Shown piece by piece: positions 9,796 to 19,319 of a DNA stretch of 64,000 nucleotides (position 1 is the stretch's first letter; every line of letters starts with the position of its first letter). The position numbers and the translations under genes were made by a program. The notes beneath the pieces were generated by a model. That model had not been told where the DNA came from, made no database searches, and was given only the letters and a program-made list of their open reading frames with translations. The stretch comes from an uncultured Bacteroidota bacterium (GTDB taxonomy: Bacteria; Bacteroidota; Bacteroidia; Flavobacteriales; BACL11), in assembly GCA_902587125.1 (NCBI GenBank), contig CACIJW010000006.1, positions 4,529 through 68,528 of the forward strand, in the 5' to 3' direction.

Positions 9796-10686
9796 ATGAA
9801 TGCTTTTGTTTTCCCTGGACAAGGTTCACAACATCTTGGAATGGGTGCTGACTTGTATAACTCAAATCAAAAAGCTCAACAAATATTTGAAGATGCTAAT
9901 GAAATTCTTGGTTTCAAGATAACAGACATAATGTTTGGTGAGGACCAAGAAGCTTTAAAACAAACCAACATTACTCAACCCGCAATTTATATACATTCAA
10001 TGGTAACTGCTCTAATCGCTAACAAATTTTTTAAGCCTGACGCAGTTGCAGGTCACTCTCTTGGGGAATTCACAGCTTTGGCTGCAGCAAACTACATAAG
10101 TTTTGAAGATGGTCTTAGATTGGTTCAAAAAAGAGCTCTCGCAATGCAAGAAGCATGCGAGAAAAATGAATCTTCTATGGCAGCAATCGTTGGACTTGAA
10201 GACAAGATAGTTGAGGACGTTTGCTTGCAATCAAAGGAAACATTGGTAGCAGCTAATTATAACTATCCTGGGCAGATTGTTATTTCTGGCACAATTAATG
10301 CTGTTAATTTAGCCTGTAATAAATTGACTGAACTTGGAGCAAGAAGGGCTTTAGTTCTTCCTGTAAGAGGAGCATTTCATTCTCCACTGATGAAAAGTGC
10401 TGAAGAATCTCTTTCAAAAGCGATTAATGGCATACAGTTCAAAGAAGGTACTTGTCCAATATATCAAAACATTACAGGAATGCCTTACACAGATATTGAG
10501 AAAATAAAACATAACTTAGTTAATCAGTTGACCAGCTCTGTCAAATGGACTCAAACAATGGAAAATATGAAACTTAATGGTTTGACATCCGTTACAGAAG
10601 TCGGCCCTGGAAAAGTCATTCAAGGATTATTCAAAAGAATATCTCGAGATTTAGAGACAAAAAGTTTACATCAGCTGATCGTTTAG
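9796..10686 (+). CDS. fabD: Malonyl CoA-ACP transacylase
   Basis: FVFPGQGSQ, TQPA, GHSLGE and GAFHS motifs. Confidence 0.97.
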   Translation: MNAFVFPGQGSQHLGMGADLYNSNQKAQQIFEDANEILGFKITDIMFGEDQEALKQTNITQPAIYIHSMVTALIANKFFKPDAVAGHSLGEFTALAAANYISFEDGLRLVQKRALAMQEACEKNESSMAAIVGLEDKIVEDVCLQSKETLVAANYNYPGQIVISGTINAVNLACNKLTELGARRALVLPVRGAFHSPLMKSAEESLSKAINGIQFKEGTCPIYQNITGMPYTDIEKIKHNLVNQLTSSVKWTQTMENMKLNGLTSVTEVGPGKVIQGLFKRISRDLETKSLHQLIV

Positions 10687-11409
10687 AAGCTTGCCAGAAT
10701 TTAATAAAACTGATAGCATAGGTTCAATTTTACACTTATCATACAACTTTGTTTGATTCAAATTATGACAGTCAGTGCCAATAAATGATATCATATTGTT
10801 ATCAATTAACCAATTTGCTCTTTCCCTCACATTATTTGAATAATATCCAATCGAGGATAAAATATTTAATTGCAAGTAAACTCCTCTGTTTATAAAATCC
10901 TCTAAATCACTTTCTGTTAAGTATAGATATCTTTCAGCATGAGCTAAAATTACCTTATACCCTTTTAATTGCAATTGAAAGATAGTCTCGAGATAATTAT
11001 GTGGAGCTGTTAAAAAAGAAAACTCAATTAGAATATAATTATCACCTAGAGTTAGAAATTTTTCTCCAGCTAGAACTTTTTGTTGAAAATCATAATCAAC
11101 AAAGTATTCTGCAGCAGCTTCCATTTTTATGTCAATTGATTGCTTTAAAAGCTCCTCTTTCACTGTTTTAAGCCCAGATCTAATGGTTTCAATGCTATTG
11201 TTATAAAAATCTGTCATTATATGTGGAGTAGTAATAATTTTTTTAAATCCATGATTTTGAAGAGCATTAATTAGTTCAATGCTGTTTTGAAGGTCTTTAG
11301 CCCCGTCGTCTATAGAAGGAATTAAATGTGAATGCATATCCAGTCCAATTTCAGCAAAATCTAACGGCTGAATTTCTTTTTTTTTCTTTTTTTTAAACCA
11401 ACTGAACAT
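10666..11409 (-). CDS. CpsB/CapC-type PHP-family tyrosine phosphatase
   Basis: DMHSHLIPSIDDGA, ITTPH, LAHAERY and GTDCH motifs. Confidence 0.88.
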   Translation of the reverse strand: MFSWFKKKKKKEIQPLDFAEIGLDMHSHLIPSIDDGAKDLQNSIELINALQNHGFKKIITTPHIMTDFYNNSIETIRSGLKTVKEELLKQSIDIKMEAAAEYFVDYDFQQKVLAGEKFLTLGDNYILIEFSFLTAPHNYLETIFQLQLKGYKVILAHAERYLYLTESDLEDFINRGVYLQLNILSSIGYYSNNVRERANWLIDNNMISFIGTDCHNLNQTKLYDKCKIEPMLSVLLNSGKLLNDQLM

Positions 11410-11478
11410 TTATTAAAAATATCAACAAACAAATATATTTATTTGTTACTTTATTGAAAATTTATTGTAGTAATAATA

Positions 11479-12204
11479 ATGAGGTTTGCAAAACTATTTT
11501 TTGTTGTAACATTTGTGAGTAGCTCTGCTTCATCTCAAATCTCAAACTTTATTAATATTAATTATCGTTATTTAACTCCTCATTTTGAAACAAAGAAAAC
11601 ATATGGCCCTAGCTCATCAATAGGGCTAGAACATACCAAAAGTTTAAAATCATACTTTTATTCAGTTGATTGCAACTATGAGTTTGGAAATAAAATCAAT
11701 GACTCTTTAATTTTAGAAAACATTACAACAAATAACAACGAGTTAATCTCATCTGATGGAAGTTTTGCTAATATACTATTATACAAAAGAGGTTTTTTTT
11801 CGCATTTTTCAATTGGTAAAATTGTCAGAACTGGTAAATCACAAAAAACCGGTTTTTATCCCTCAATAGGCATTGGATATTCTCAAAGTAAAATTTTGAT
11901 TGAAACAAGAAACCAAAACATACCTTTTCTTAATGAAGAATACAAAAAAGGATATGATAAAAAAAGAGGAGGACTTAGTACTAAAGCAAGCATAGATTTT
12001 AGATACTTTAATAGAAAAAATAATTGGCAATTCATTGTTGGTTCAGAGTTAATTCATTCGCTAACAAAAAACTACAGAAGATACTTTTACAGTGATCAGA
12101 TTTTTTCTGATAATAATTTAAAAAACGATCTTTTATTTAGCTTAAAATTTGGACTTATTATACCAATAAATAGAGCTAATAATGAAAAATTTCATTACTT
12201 CTAA
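11479..12204 (+). CDS. Hypothetical outer-membrane beta-barrel protein
   Basis: Signal peptide, alternating beta-strand pattern, aromatic C-terminus. Confidence 0.55.
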   Translation: MRFAKLFFVVTFVSSSASSQISNFININYRYLTPHFETKKTYGPSSSIGLEHTKSLKSYFYSVDCNYEFGNKINDSLILENITTNNNELISSDGSFANILLYKRGFFSHFSIGKIVRTGKSQKTGFYPSIGIGYSQSKILIETRNQNIPFLNEEYKKGYDKKRGGLSTKASIDFRYFNRKNNWQFIVGSELIHSLTKNYRRYFYSDQIFSDNNLKNDLLFSLKFGLIIPINRANNEKFHYF

Positions 12205-13386
12205 ATGAGGGTTTTATATAATATTTCATTGTCTTTAATATGGCTGATAATCAAAGCTTATTCTTTATTTGATAAAAAGACCAAATTATTTGTTGAGCTT
12301 AGAAAAAACCAAAAAATTATTTCTAAAGAAAATGTTGTTTTATTTCACTGCTCATCATTAGGAGAATATGAAAGTATTAAATATTTCATTCGCTTATACA
12401 AAGAAAGAAATAAAAACTCATCAATTTTTTTATCAGCTTTCTCACCATCTCTTCAGCATCATAATATTGATTTTAACTACATAGATTATTTCTTTTATCT
12501 GCCAATTGATTTAAGCAAAAATGCTAAAAAAATAATTTCTTTAATAAATCCAAAAAAAGTATTTTTTGTAAAAAAGGAAATATGGTTAAATTATATTTTT
12601 GAAATATCAAAAAGAAACATACCACTGTATCTTATTTCCGGAAAATTCAAAAAAAAAGATATAATATTTAGTTCTAATTGGGTAATCAATCATCTAAAAA
12701 TGTTTGATTTTATTTTTACCAATGACCATGAAAGCAATGATGTTCTAAAATCAAAAAACATAAATAATTATATATTTTCTGGTGATACAAGATTCGACTC
12801 CATTTCTAACAATAACAAGGGCATTTTTAATTTAAAAAGAATTAATGATTTTTGTGGTGATAAAGATATAATTGTATTTGGAAGTGTTTATAAAGAGGAT
12901 ATAAAATTAATTGAAGATTTCATTACAAAAAATAATTCGTACAAATACTTAATTGCTTTTCATAATGATTGCAAAAAGAACAATGATATTATAAAAAAAT
13001 ATGATTATATAAATTATTCTGACAATAGCCAAAATAAAGCTAACATTATGATAATTGATGAATTTGGAATATTAAAAAACATATACAAGTTTGCGAAAAT
13101 AGTATATGTGGGAGGAGGATTTAATAAAGGAGTTCACAACATTTTAGAACCAATATTTTTTGGGAATCCTGTTTTATTTGGACCTAAATTTAAAAACTTT
13201 AATGAAGCAAAAAAAGCTATCAGACTTGGCATAGCTATACCAGTTTCAAATAAAAATGAATTCGAAGTTAGCGTAGAAAAATTTAAAAATTTTGACAGGA
13301 CTAAATCAAGAAAGTACTTTAAATCAAATTTAGGGGCATCTAATAATATCATGCTTGAACTAGATAAACAAAAAAACGAGAAGTAA
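12205..13386 (+). CDS. waaA: 3-deoxy-D-manno-octulosonic acid (Kdo) transferase
   Basis: FHCSSLGE, YLPID, GDTRFD, YVGGGF and HNILEP...PVLFGP motifs. Confidence 0.9.
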   Translation: MRVLYNISLSLIWLIIKAYSLFDKKTKLFVELRKNQKIISKENVVLFHCSSLGEYESIKYFIRLYKERNKNSSIFLSAFSPSLQHHNIDFNYIDYFFYLPIDLSKNAKKIISLINPKKVFFVKKEIWLNYIFEISKRNIPLYLISGKFKKKDIIFSSNWVINHLKMFDFIFTNDHESNDVLKSKNINNYIFSGDTRFDSISNNNKGIFNLKRINDFCGDKDIIVFGSVYKEDIKLIEDFITKNNSYKYLIAFHNDCKKNNDIIKKYDYINYSDNSQNKANIMIIDEFGILKNIYKFAKIVYVGGGFNKGVHNILEPIFFGNPVLFGPKFKNFNEAKKAIRLGIAIPVSNKNEFEVSVEKFKNFDRTKSRKYFKSNLGASNNIMLELDKQKNEK

Positions 13387-13406
13387 ACTAAATTACTTCT
13401 CGTCTG

Positions 13407-13491
13407 TACCCGGGACGGGACTTGAACCCGTACGAACGCAATGTTCATTGGATTTTAAGTCCAACGTGTCTACCAATTCCACCACCCGGGC
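13407..13491 (-). tRNA. tRNA-Leu (anticodon TAA)
   Basis: Reverse complement GCCCGGGTGGTGGAATTGGTAGACACGTTGGACTTAAAATCCAA...GGGTTCAAGTCCCGTCCCGGGTA; long variable arm; CCA not encoded. Confidence 0.95.
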
Positions 13492-13493
13492 TT

Positions 13494-13519
13494 AAAAAAA
13501 ATCCTCTAAATGAGGATTT
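13494..13519 (-). terminator. Terminator-like hairpin between tRNA-Gly and tRNA-Leu
   Basis: Minus strand AAATCCTC-ATTTA-GAGGATTT followed by further T residues. Confidence 0.45.
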
Positions 13520-13520
13520 G

Positions 13521-13592
13521 AGCGAGTGATGGGATTTGAACCCACGACCCTCACCTTGGCAAGGTGATGCTCTACCCCTGAGCTACACTCGC
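13521..13592 (-). tRNA. tRNA-Gly (anticodon GCC)
   Basis: Reverse complement GCGAGTGTAGCTCAGGGGTAGAGCATCACCTTGCCAAGGTGAGGGTCGTGGGTTCAAATCCCATCACTCGCT; TAAATTTG promoter motif at 13608-13615 on minus strand. Confidence 0.95.
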
Positions 13593-13630
13593 ATTTTCAA
13601 AGAGGAGCAAATTTAAATAAAAAAGCTCAA

Positions 13631-16198
13631 TTACTTGTTTTTTAATATTTGTTTTAACTTACTAAGTTGTATAAGAGAATCTACTGGAGTCATATTTTCA
13701 ATATCAACATTATCAAGAATTTTTTTAATCTCTTTCATTTCAGAACTATTACTATCGAAAATTGTAAGTTGAAGCTCATTTATCTCATTCACTTTATTTG
13801 ATGGCTTTTTTTGCTCTAAATCTTTCAAAATCTTCTCAGAGGTATTAATAATTTGTGTGGGTAGCCCTGCCATTTTACCAACATGAATACCAAAACTATG
13901 AGAAGTCCCTCCTTTAATTAATTTTCTTAAAAAAAGTATTTTGTCTCCTAGGTTTTTTATACTGACATGAAAGTTCTTAATTCTTGAATATTTTTTTTCC
14001 ATTTCATTTAGTTCATGGTAATGTGTTGCAAAAAGTGTTAGAGGCTTATAATCAATATCATGAATATATTTTGCTATAGCCCATGCGATTGATATTCCAT
14101 CATATGTTGATGTTCCTCTGCCAATCTCATCTAAGATAATCAAACTTCTACTAGACAAATTATTAACTATGCTAGCAGTTTCATTCATTTCCACCATAAA
14201 AGTTGATTCTCCTGAACTTATATTATCTGATGCTCCAACTCTTGTAAAAATTTTATCAAAAATTCCAATCTTAGCTTTTTCTGCAGGAACAAAACAACCA
14301 ATTTGCGCAAGAATCACAATTAATGCTGTTTGTCTAAGAACTGCTGATTTACCTGACATATTTGGTCCTGTAATCATTAAAATTTGTTGATAATCCTTAT
14401 TAAGGATAATATTGTTTGGTATGTACCGTTCACCAATAGGCAAAGATTTTTCAATTATTGGATGTCTTCCATTTTTAATTTCTATTGAAACTTTATCAAT
14501 TATTTTAGGACGAACATAATTATTATCAATGGAAACTTTCGAAAAACAAAGTAAACAATCTATTGTTGAGATGATATTACTATTTGACTTTATATCGTTT
14601 ACAAATTCATTTAGTTTTTCAATTAATATTTCATATTCTGACAACTCGATTTCTTGGATGCGGCTATTAGATGATAGGATTTTGATTTCAAGCTCTTTTA
14701 ACTCTTCATTAATATATCTTTCGGCACTAACTAACGTTTGCTTTCTTGTCCAATTAACTGGAACTTTTTCTTTGTGTGTATTTCTTACTTCAAAGTAATA
14801 TCCAAATATGTTGTTAAATCCAATTTTTAAAGATGATATTTCTGTTTTCTCAATTTCTTCTTTTAGCAAGTTATCAAGATAAATTTCAGTGTTTCTTTTG
14901 ACTTTTCTTAATTCATCTAGCTCATCATTAACACCATTTTTAATAAAGTTACCTTTGCTTACAAGAGCTGGAGGATTATCAACTATAGTGTGATTAATAA
15001 TATTTATTAAATTTTCTAGGGGATTAATTTTAGCCGATATTTTTTTAAAGTCTAAACTATTGTTTAGGTAAACTTTAATTTCATTAATAAAAATGCTAGA
15101 GTTCATTAAATCAATACAAGACTTTGGAGATATTTTTGTAGTAGCTATTTTGGAGCATATTCTCTCAATATCAGAAATAAACTTTAACTTTTCATCAATA
15201 AATAACCTCAGTGCTCGATCATCTTTTAAAAGTTGAACTTTTTTGTGTCTTTCAATAATATCTTTTTTGGAAGTTAATGGAAATAAAACCCATCTTTTTA
15301 AGAGCCTGGAACCCATTGGAGTATTAGTGCTGTCGATAATATCAATTAGTGATAAATCCTCAGAGTTTTTATTTATAATTTCTAAATTTTTAATTGTGAA
15401 TTGATCAATCCAAACATTTGACTTATTATCAATTCTAGAAATTGAGTTTATATGAAAAATATTATTGTTACTAGTTTCTTTTATATAATGTAGGCATACT
15501 CCAGCAGTAACAATTGAGTTTTTCATGTCATTAATTCCGAACCCTTTCAAACTTTTGGTATTGAAATGTTCTTTTAAAATATTTATGTTGAAATCATAGT
15601 CAAAAATCCAATCATCAATTTCAGTTTTATAAAAGCTTGTAAATTTATTTTTAAGCTCATTGACCTGAGTTTTGGAAATCAAAATTTCTTTTGGTTTAAA
15701 ACTATTGATTAGCCTTGTAATTGAAATTTCGTCACCTTCATATGTAAAAAAATCTCCTGTTGTAACATCTAAAAAAGATATTCCAAACAGTTTATCTACA
15801 TAAACACTTGCTAAAAAATTATTTTTCTTTATTTCAAGTGTGTTATCATTAAATGTAACACCAGGTGTAATTATTTCAGTAACTCCCCTTTTGACAATTT
15901 TTTTTGTCGTTTTTGGGTCTTCAAGTTGTTCGCAGATTGCAACCTTGTTTCCAGATTTGACTAATTTTGGTAAATATGTCTGCAAAGAGTGGTATGGAAA
16001 GCCAGCTAGCTCAATATTAGAAGAGCCATTAGCTCTCTTAGTCAAAACAATATCTAAAATTTTTGAAGCAATAACTGCATCATTACCAAATGTTTCATAA
16101 AAATCTCCAACTCTAAATAATAAAATATTTTCAGGATATTTCGCCTTTATGCGATTATACTGCGACATTAATGGAGTTTCTTTAACTTTGCTTTTCAT
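13631..16198 (-). CDS. mutS: DNA mismatch repair protein MutS
   Basis: TPLMSQY, FRVGDFYE, ITGPNMSGKS, STFMVEM, DEIGRGT and FATHYHEL motifs. Confidence 0.98.
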   Translation of the reverse strand: MKSKVKETPLMSQYNRIKAKYPENILLFRVGDFYETFGNDAVIASKILDIVLTKRANGSSNIELAGFPYHSLQTYLPKLVKSGNKVAICEQLEDPKTTKKIVKRGVTEIITPGVTFNDNTLEIKKNNFLASVYVDKLFGISFLDVTTGDFFTYEGDEISITRLINSFKPKEILISKTQVNELKNKFTSFYKTEIDDWIFDYDFNINILKEHFNTKSLKGFGINDMKNSIVTAGVCLHYIKETSNNNIFHINSISRIDNKSNVWIDQFTIKNLEIINKNSEDLSLIDIIDSTNTPMGSRLLKRWVLFPLTSKKDIIERHKKVQLLKDDRALRLFIDEKLKFISDIERICSKIATTKISPKSCIDLMNSSIFINEIKVYLNNSLDFKKISAKINPLENLINIINHTIVDNPPALVSKGNFIKNGVNDELDELRKVKRNTEIYLDNLLKEEIEKTEISSLKIGFNNIFGYYFEVRNTHKEKVPVNWTRKQTLVSAERYINEELKELEIKILSSNSRIQEIELSEYEILIEKLNEFVNDIKSNSNIISTIDCLLCFSKVSIDNNYVRPKIIDKVSIEIKNGRHPIIEKSLPIGERYIPNNIILNKDYQQILMITGPNMSGKSAVLRQTALIVILAQIGCFVPAEKAKIGIFDKIFTRVGASDNISSGESTFMVEMNETASIVNNLSSRSLIILDEIGRGTSTYDGISIAWAIAKYIHDIDYKPLTLFATHYHELNEMEKKYSRIKNFHVSIKNLGDKILFLRKLIKGGTSHSFGIHVGKMAGLPTQIINTSEKILKDLEQKKPSNKVNEINELQLTIFDSNSSEMKEIKKILDNVDIENMTPVDSLIQLSKLKQILKNK

Positions 16199-16207
16199 AA
16201 ATTTAAG

Positions 16208-16738
16208 TTGAGAAAGTTAACAAATATTGAATTAAATAGACCTAATCTTAAAGAATTTAAATCTTTAAAGAAAAGTAACATAATTATAGTACTTGATAAC
16301 ATTAGAAGTGCTCACAACGTAGGTTCAATTTTTAGAAGCTCAGATGCTTTCAAAGTTCAAAAAATTTTGACGGTAGGTATTACTGCAACACCTCCAAATA
16401 ATGATATTAGAAAAACAGCTCTAGGTGCAGAACAATCAGTAGATTGGGCGATATCTAAAAATATTTCTGAAGATTTGATCAATTTAAAAGAAATAGGCTA
16501 TGAAATTATTTCTGTTGAGCAAACAAATAATTCAATTTCGTTAGAAAATTTTACACCAAAAAAAAATAAGATTGTTTTAATATTTGGTAATGAAATTAAG
16601 GGTATCAGTCAAGAAATTATTGATATTACTGACACTGCAGTTGAAATCAAGCAATATGGCACAAAACATTCTTTTAATGTTTCAGTAACATCAGCAATAT
16701 GTTTATGGGAAATTAGTAAAAGTTTAGAAGGGTTTTGA
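16208..16738 (+). CDS. TrmH/SpoU family RNA methyltransferase
   Basis: LDNIRSAHNVGSIFR, FGNE..G and SFNVSV SPOUT motifs; TTG start. Confidence 0.9.
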   Translation: MRKLTNIELNRPNLKEFKSLKKSNIIIVLDNIRSAHNVGSIFRSSDAFKVQKILTVGITATPPNNDIRKTALGAEQSVDWAISKNISEDLINLKEIGYEIISVEQTNNSISLENFTPKKNKIVLIFGNEIKGISQEIIDITDTAVEIKQYGTKHSFNVSVTSAICLWEISKSLEGF

Positions 16739-16743
16739 TCTAA

Positions 16744-17544
16744 TTAATAGTCATACACATCGTAAGCAACACCTATTCCAAAATAATAGTAGGAATCATT
16801 ATCACCAACAAGAGTAGCATCCCATGCATCGTCCATTGAGGTTTTGTATGTGGATTCAAAAATTAAGTTTAACTCTTTGGTGATTCCATATTCTCCGACT
16901 AAGCCAATGCATAAGGTCGAAGTTCTTGGAGCATTTGACCAAGAATTTTTGTCATTTCCATTCACATCGTCATCGTATCCATATGAATAGATGTGTTCGT
17001 CAGTAAATAAATCCTCTTTCTGGGAGGTAAAAATATTCATACCTAAACCTGCTTTAACTGAAACATCAAAATCAGTGAAATAAGTATTAAGTTCTTTTAG
17101 CGGATATAAATACGAGGCATTAAATTCAATAAATTGATTCATAAATTTTTCTCCATTTCCATCAAAATTATTATAGGGATCATATATTTCTTCTCTAGAA
17201 TGTACAATATCATCATCTTCTTCATTACCTGTGTATCTTTTTAATCCTGCCATTTCTCCTTTTGAAAAAGACAACTCAATTACACCTCCGTAAGAGATTC
17301 TTCTTATTCCAACATTGTAAGCGTATCTTAATTCATCAAAATCACCAATTTCTTGAGTGGCTGTTCCAAAATCGTATTGTTTGATATCTCCATTGAAATT
17401 AACAGCTCCATATGAGAATAGAATTCCCCACGCTTGAGAACTGGGTGGCCTAACATTTTCACCATTAGGATATACTGGATTTTCCTGAGCATTAGAAATC
17501 ATAACACTAAATAAAAATGAAACAAACAGAATAAAGTTTTTCAT
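16744..17544 (-). CDS. Hypothetical outer-membrane beta-barrel protein
   Basis: Start moved to MKNFILF (signal peptide); C-terminal YYYFGIGVAY barrel strand; acidic loops. Confidence 0.6.
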   Translation of the reverse strand: MKNFILFVSFLFSVMISNAQENPVYPNGENVRPPSSQAWGILFSYGAVNFNGDIKQYDFGTATQEIGDFDELRYAYNVGIRRISYGGVIELSFSKGEMAGLKRYTGNEEDDDIVHSREEIYDPYNNFDGNGEKFMNQFIEFNASYLYPLKELNTYFTDFDVSVKAGLGMNIFTSQKEDLFTDEHIYSYGYDDDVNGNDKNSWSNAPRTSTLCIGLVGEYGITKELNLIFESTYKTSMDDAWDATLVGDNDSYYYFGIGVAYDVYDY

Positions 17545-17671
17545 ATGAACAATAATTGAATACAATATTACGTTTTTTTAATTAATATTAACAGTGAGTT
17601 ATGAATTGATTATTATTTATTAAATAATGAGTCAACTTAAGCTTTTTTTTAAATTTGCAAAAAACAAACAA

Positions 17672-19315
17672 ATGAAACTAAGATCAATACTGTACCTAAG
17701 TGTAATATCAATAATACTTTCAAGTTGTGGAATTGGCATGATGTCAACTAAATACAACACAACAAAATTCACAGTTACGCCTCCAAATCTTCAAGTACAT
17801 GGGAATAAGATTAAAATTAGTGTTGATGGCTTCTTTCCAGAGAAATACTTTGCGAAAAAAGCTGTAGTTGAATTTACACCTGTATTAGTCCACAACAGCG
17901 GTGAAGAAAAGTTTAAAACTATAACTGTACAGGGCGAAAATGCGAATGGTGGAGAGGCTACAATATTTTTTGAGCCTGGAGGAAGCTTTAATTATGTTGA
18001 CGAAATTCCTTACAACAATAACATGAAAGAATCAGTGCTTGAGCTAAGAGCTAAAGCAACTCTAAATGATAAGAGTTTAAATTTTGCAACAATTAAGATT
18101 GCAGAGGGAACTAACATAACATCTACAAGAGTTATTGATAATGAGATTGCTGCAATAGCAGATCATAAGTACGAAACAGAAACAATATTAGAAGAAAGTG
18201 CAATTGTATATTTTTTAGTAAATCAATCAAACATTCGCTCCACTGAAAAAACAGACTCTGATATACAAAAATTAAAAGATTTTATTAACAGTGGTAATGA
18301 AATACACTCAATTGAAATTAAGTCATTTGCCTCACCTGAGGGAACGGTGAATGCAAATGATGATGTTTCAGATAGAAGATTAAAATCAACAGAAAATTAC
18401 ACAAAATGGTTGCTGAATAAACTTGATGTCAAGCCTGAGCTTTACACAATCAAATCATTTGGAGAAGATTGGGAAGGCTTTAATATGTTAATGAGGTCTT
18501 CTGAAATTAAAGATAAAAGAAGAATTACAAAAATAGTTAACTCAGTTGAAGATTTGGAGAAAAGAGAACAGGCTATTAGAGACATGGCAGAGTTATATGA
18601 GGCAATTGAGAAAGATATTTTACCACAACTGAGAAAAGCAGAAATTACAATAAAATCTTTTGAGCCAAAAAAATCTACAGAGACCATCAAAAGGATGTCT
18701 AATATGAGTCCTGATTCCCTAGAGATTAATGAATTGCTTTACTCTGCTACTCTAGCAGAGTCTGATGTAGATAAAATAAAAATATATGAAAGTGCAAAAT
18801 CTCTACACAATGATTGGAGAGCATACAACAATACTGCTTGTATATACATTAATAAAAAAGAACATGAAAAGGCTAAAAATGAATTGGAAAATTCACCAGC
18901 AAAAGAAAATGAAATTAATCAAAACTTAGCTATCATTTTTGCAAGAAAAGGAGATTTTAAAAAAGCAGATCAATTTTATGCACTTTCAAATCCTAATGAA
19001 AAGAACATTGCACTTCTAAACTTAAGGAAAGGTGAATACAATAAAGCAGCAAGATTTTTTAAAGGGAAAAAGAACCACAATGCCGCATTAGCTCAAATTC
19101 TTAGTGGAAATAATAATGCTTCATGCAATGAAAAAACTGCAGAGTGCTATTATCTCAACGCAATAATCGCAGCTAGAAATAGCAATGAGTTTGTTTTGCT
19201 TAATAATTTAGAAAAGGCTATTAATCTTAATGATTACTATAAGTCTGAAGCAAAATCTGATATTGAATTTAGCAACTACTCTCAAAATCCGTCATTTGTT
19301 GAGTTACTAAAATAA
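17672..19315 (+). CDS. Lipoprotein with OmpA-like domain and C-terminal TPR repeats
   Basis: Start moved to 17672, behind TAAATTTG (17650-17657); lipobox ILSSC; SFASPEG..N...SDRR; TPR-like helices (RAYNN, YYLNAIIAAR). Confidence 0.75.
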   Translation: MKLRSILYLSVISIILSSCGIGMMSTKYNTTKFTVTPPNLQVHGNKIKISVDGFFPEKYFAKKAVVEFTPVLVHNSGEEKFKTITVQGENANGGEATIFFEPGGSFNYVDEIPYNNNMKESVLELRAKATLNDKSLNFATIKIAEGTNITSTRVIDNEIAAIADHKYETETILEESAIVYFLVNQSNIRSTEKTDSDIQKLKDFINSGNEIHSIEIKSFASPEGTVNANDDVSDRRLKSTENYTKWLLNKLDVKPELYTIKSFGEDWEGFNMLMRSSEIKDKRRITKIVNSVEDLEKREQAIRDMAELYEAIEKDILPQLRKAEITIKSFEPKKSTETIKRMSNMSPDSLEINELLYSATLAESDVDKIKIYESAKSLHNDWRAYNNTACIYINKKEHEKAKNELENSPAKENEINQNLAIIFARKGDFKKADQFYALSNPNEKNIALLNLRKGEYNKAARFFKGKKNHNAALAQILSGNNNASCNEKTAECYYLNAIIAARNSNEFVLLNNLEKAINLNDYYKSEAKSDIEFSNYSQNPSFVELLK

Positions 19316-19319
19316 TTTC

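Noticed and set aside
13134-13448. 104-aa minus-strand ORF
   Set aside because: It starts inside tRNA-Leu and runs antisense to waaA.
13400-13630. tRNA genes as possible integration sites (also 38980-39061)
   Set aside because: I saw no duplicated tRNA 3' ends and no mobile genes nearby.
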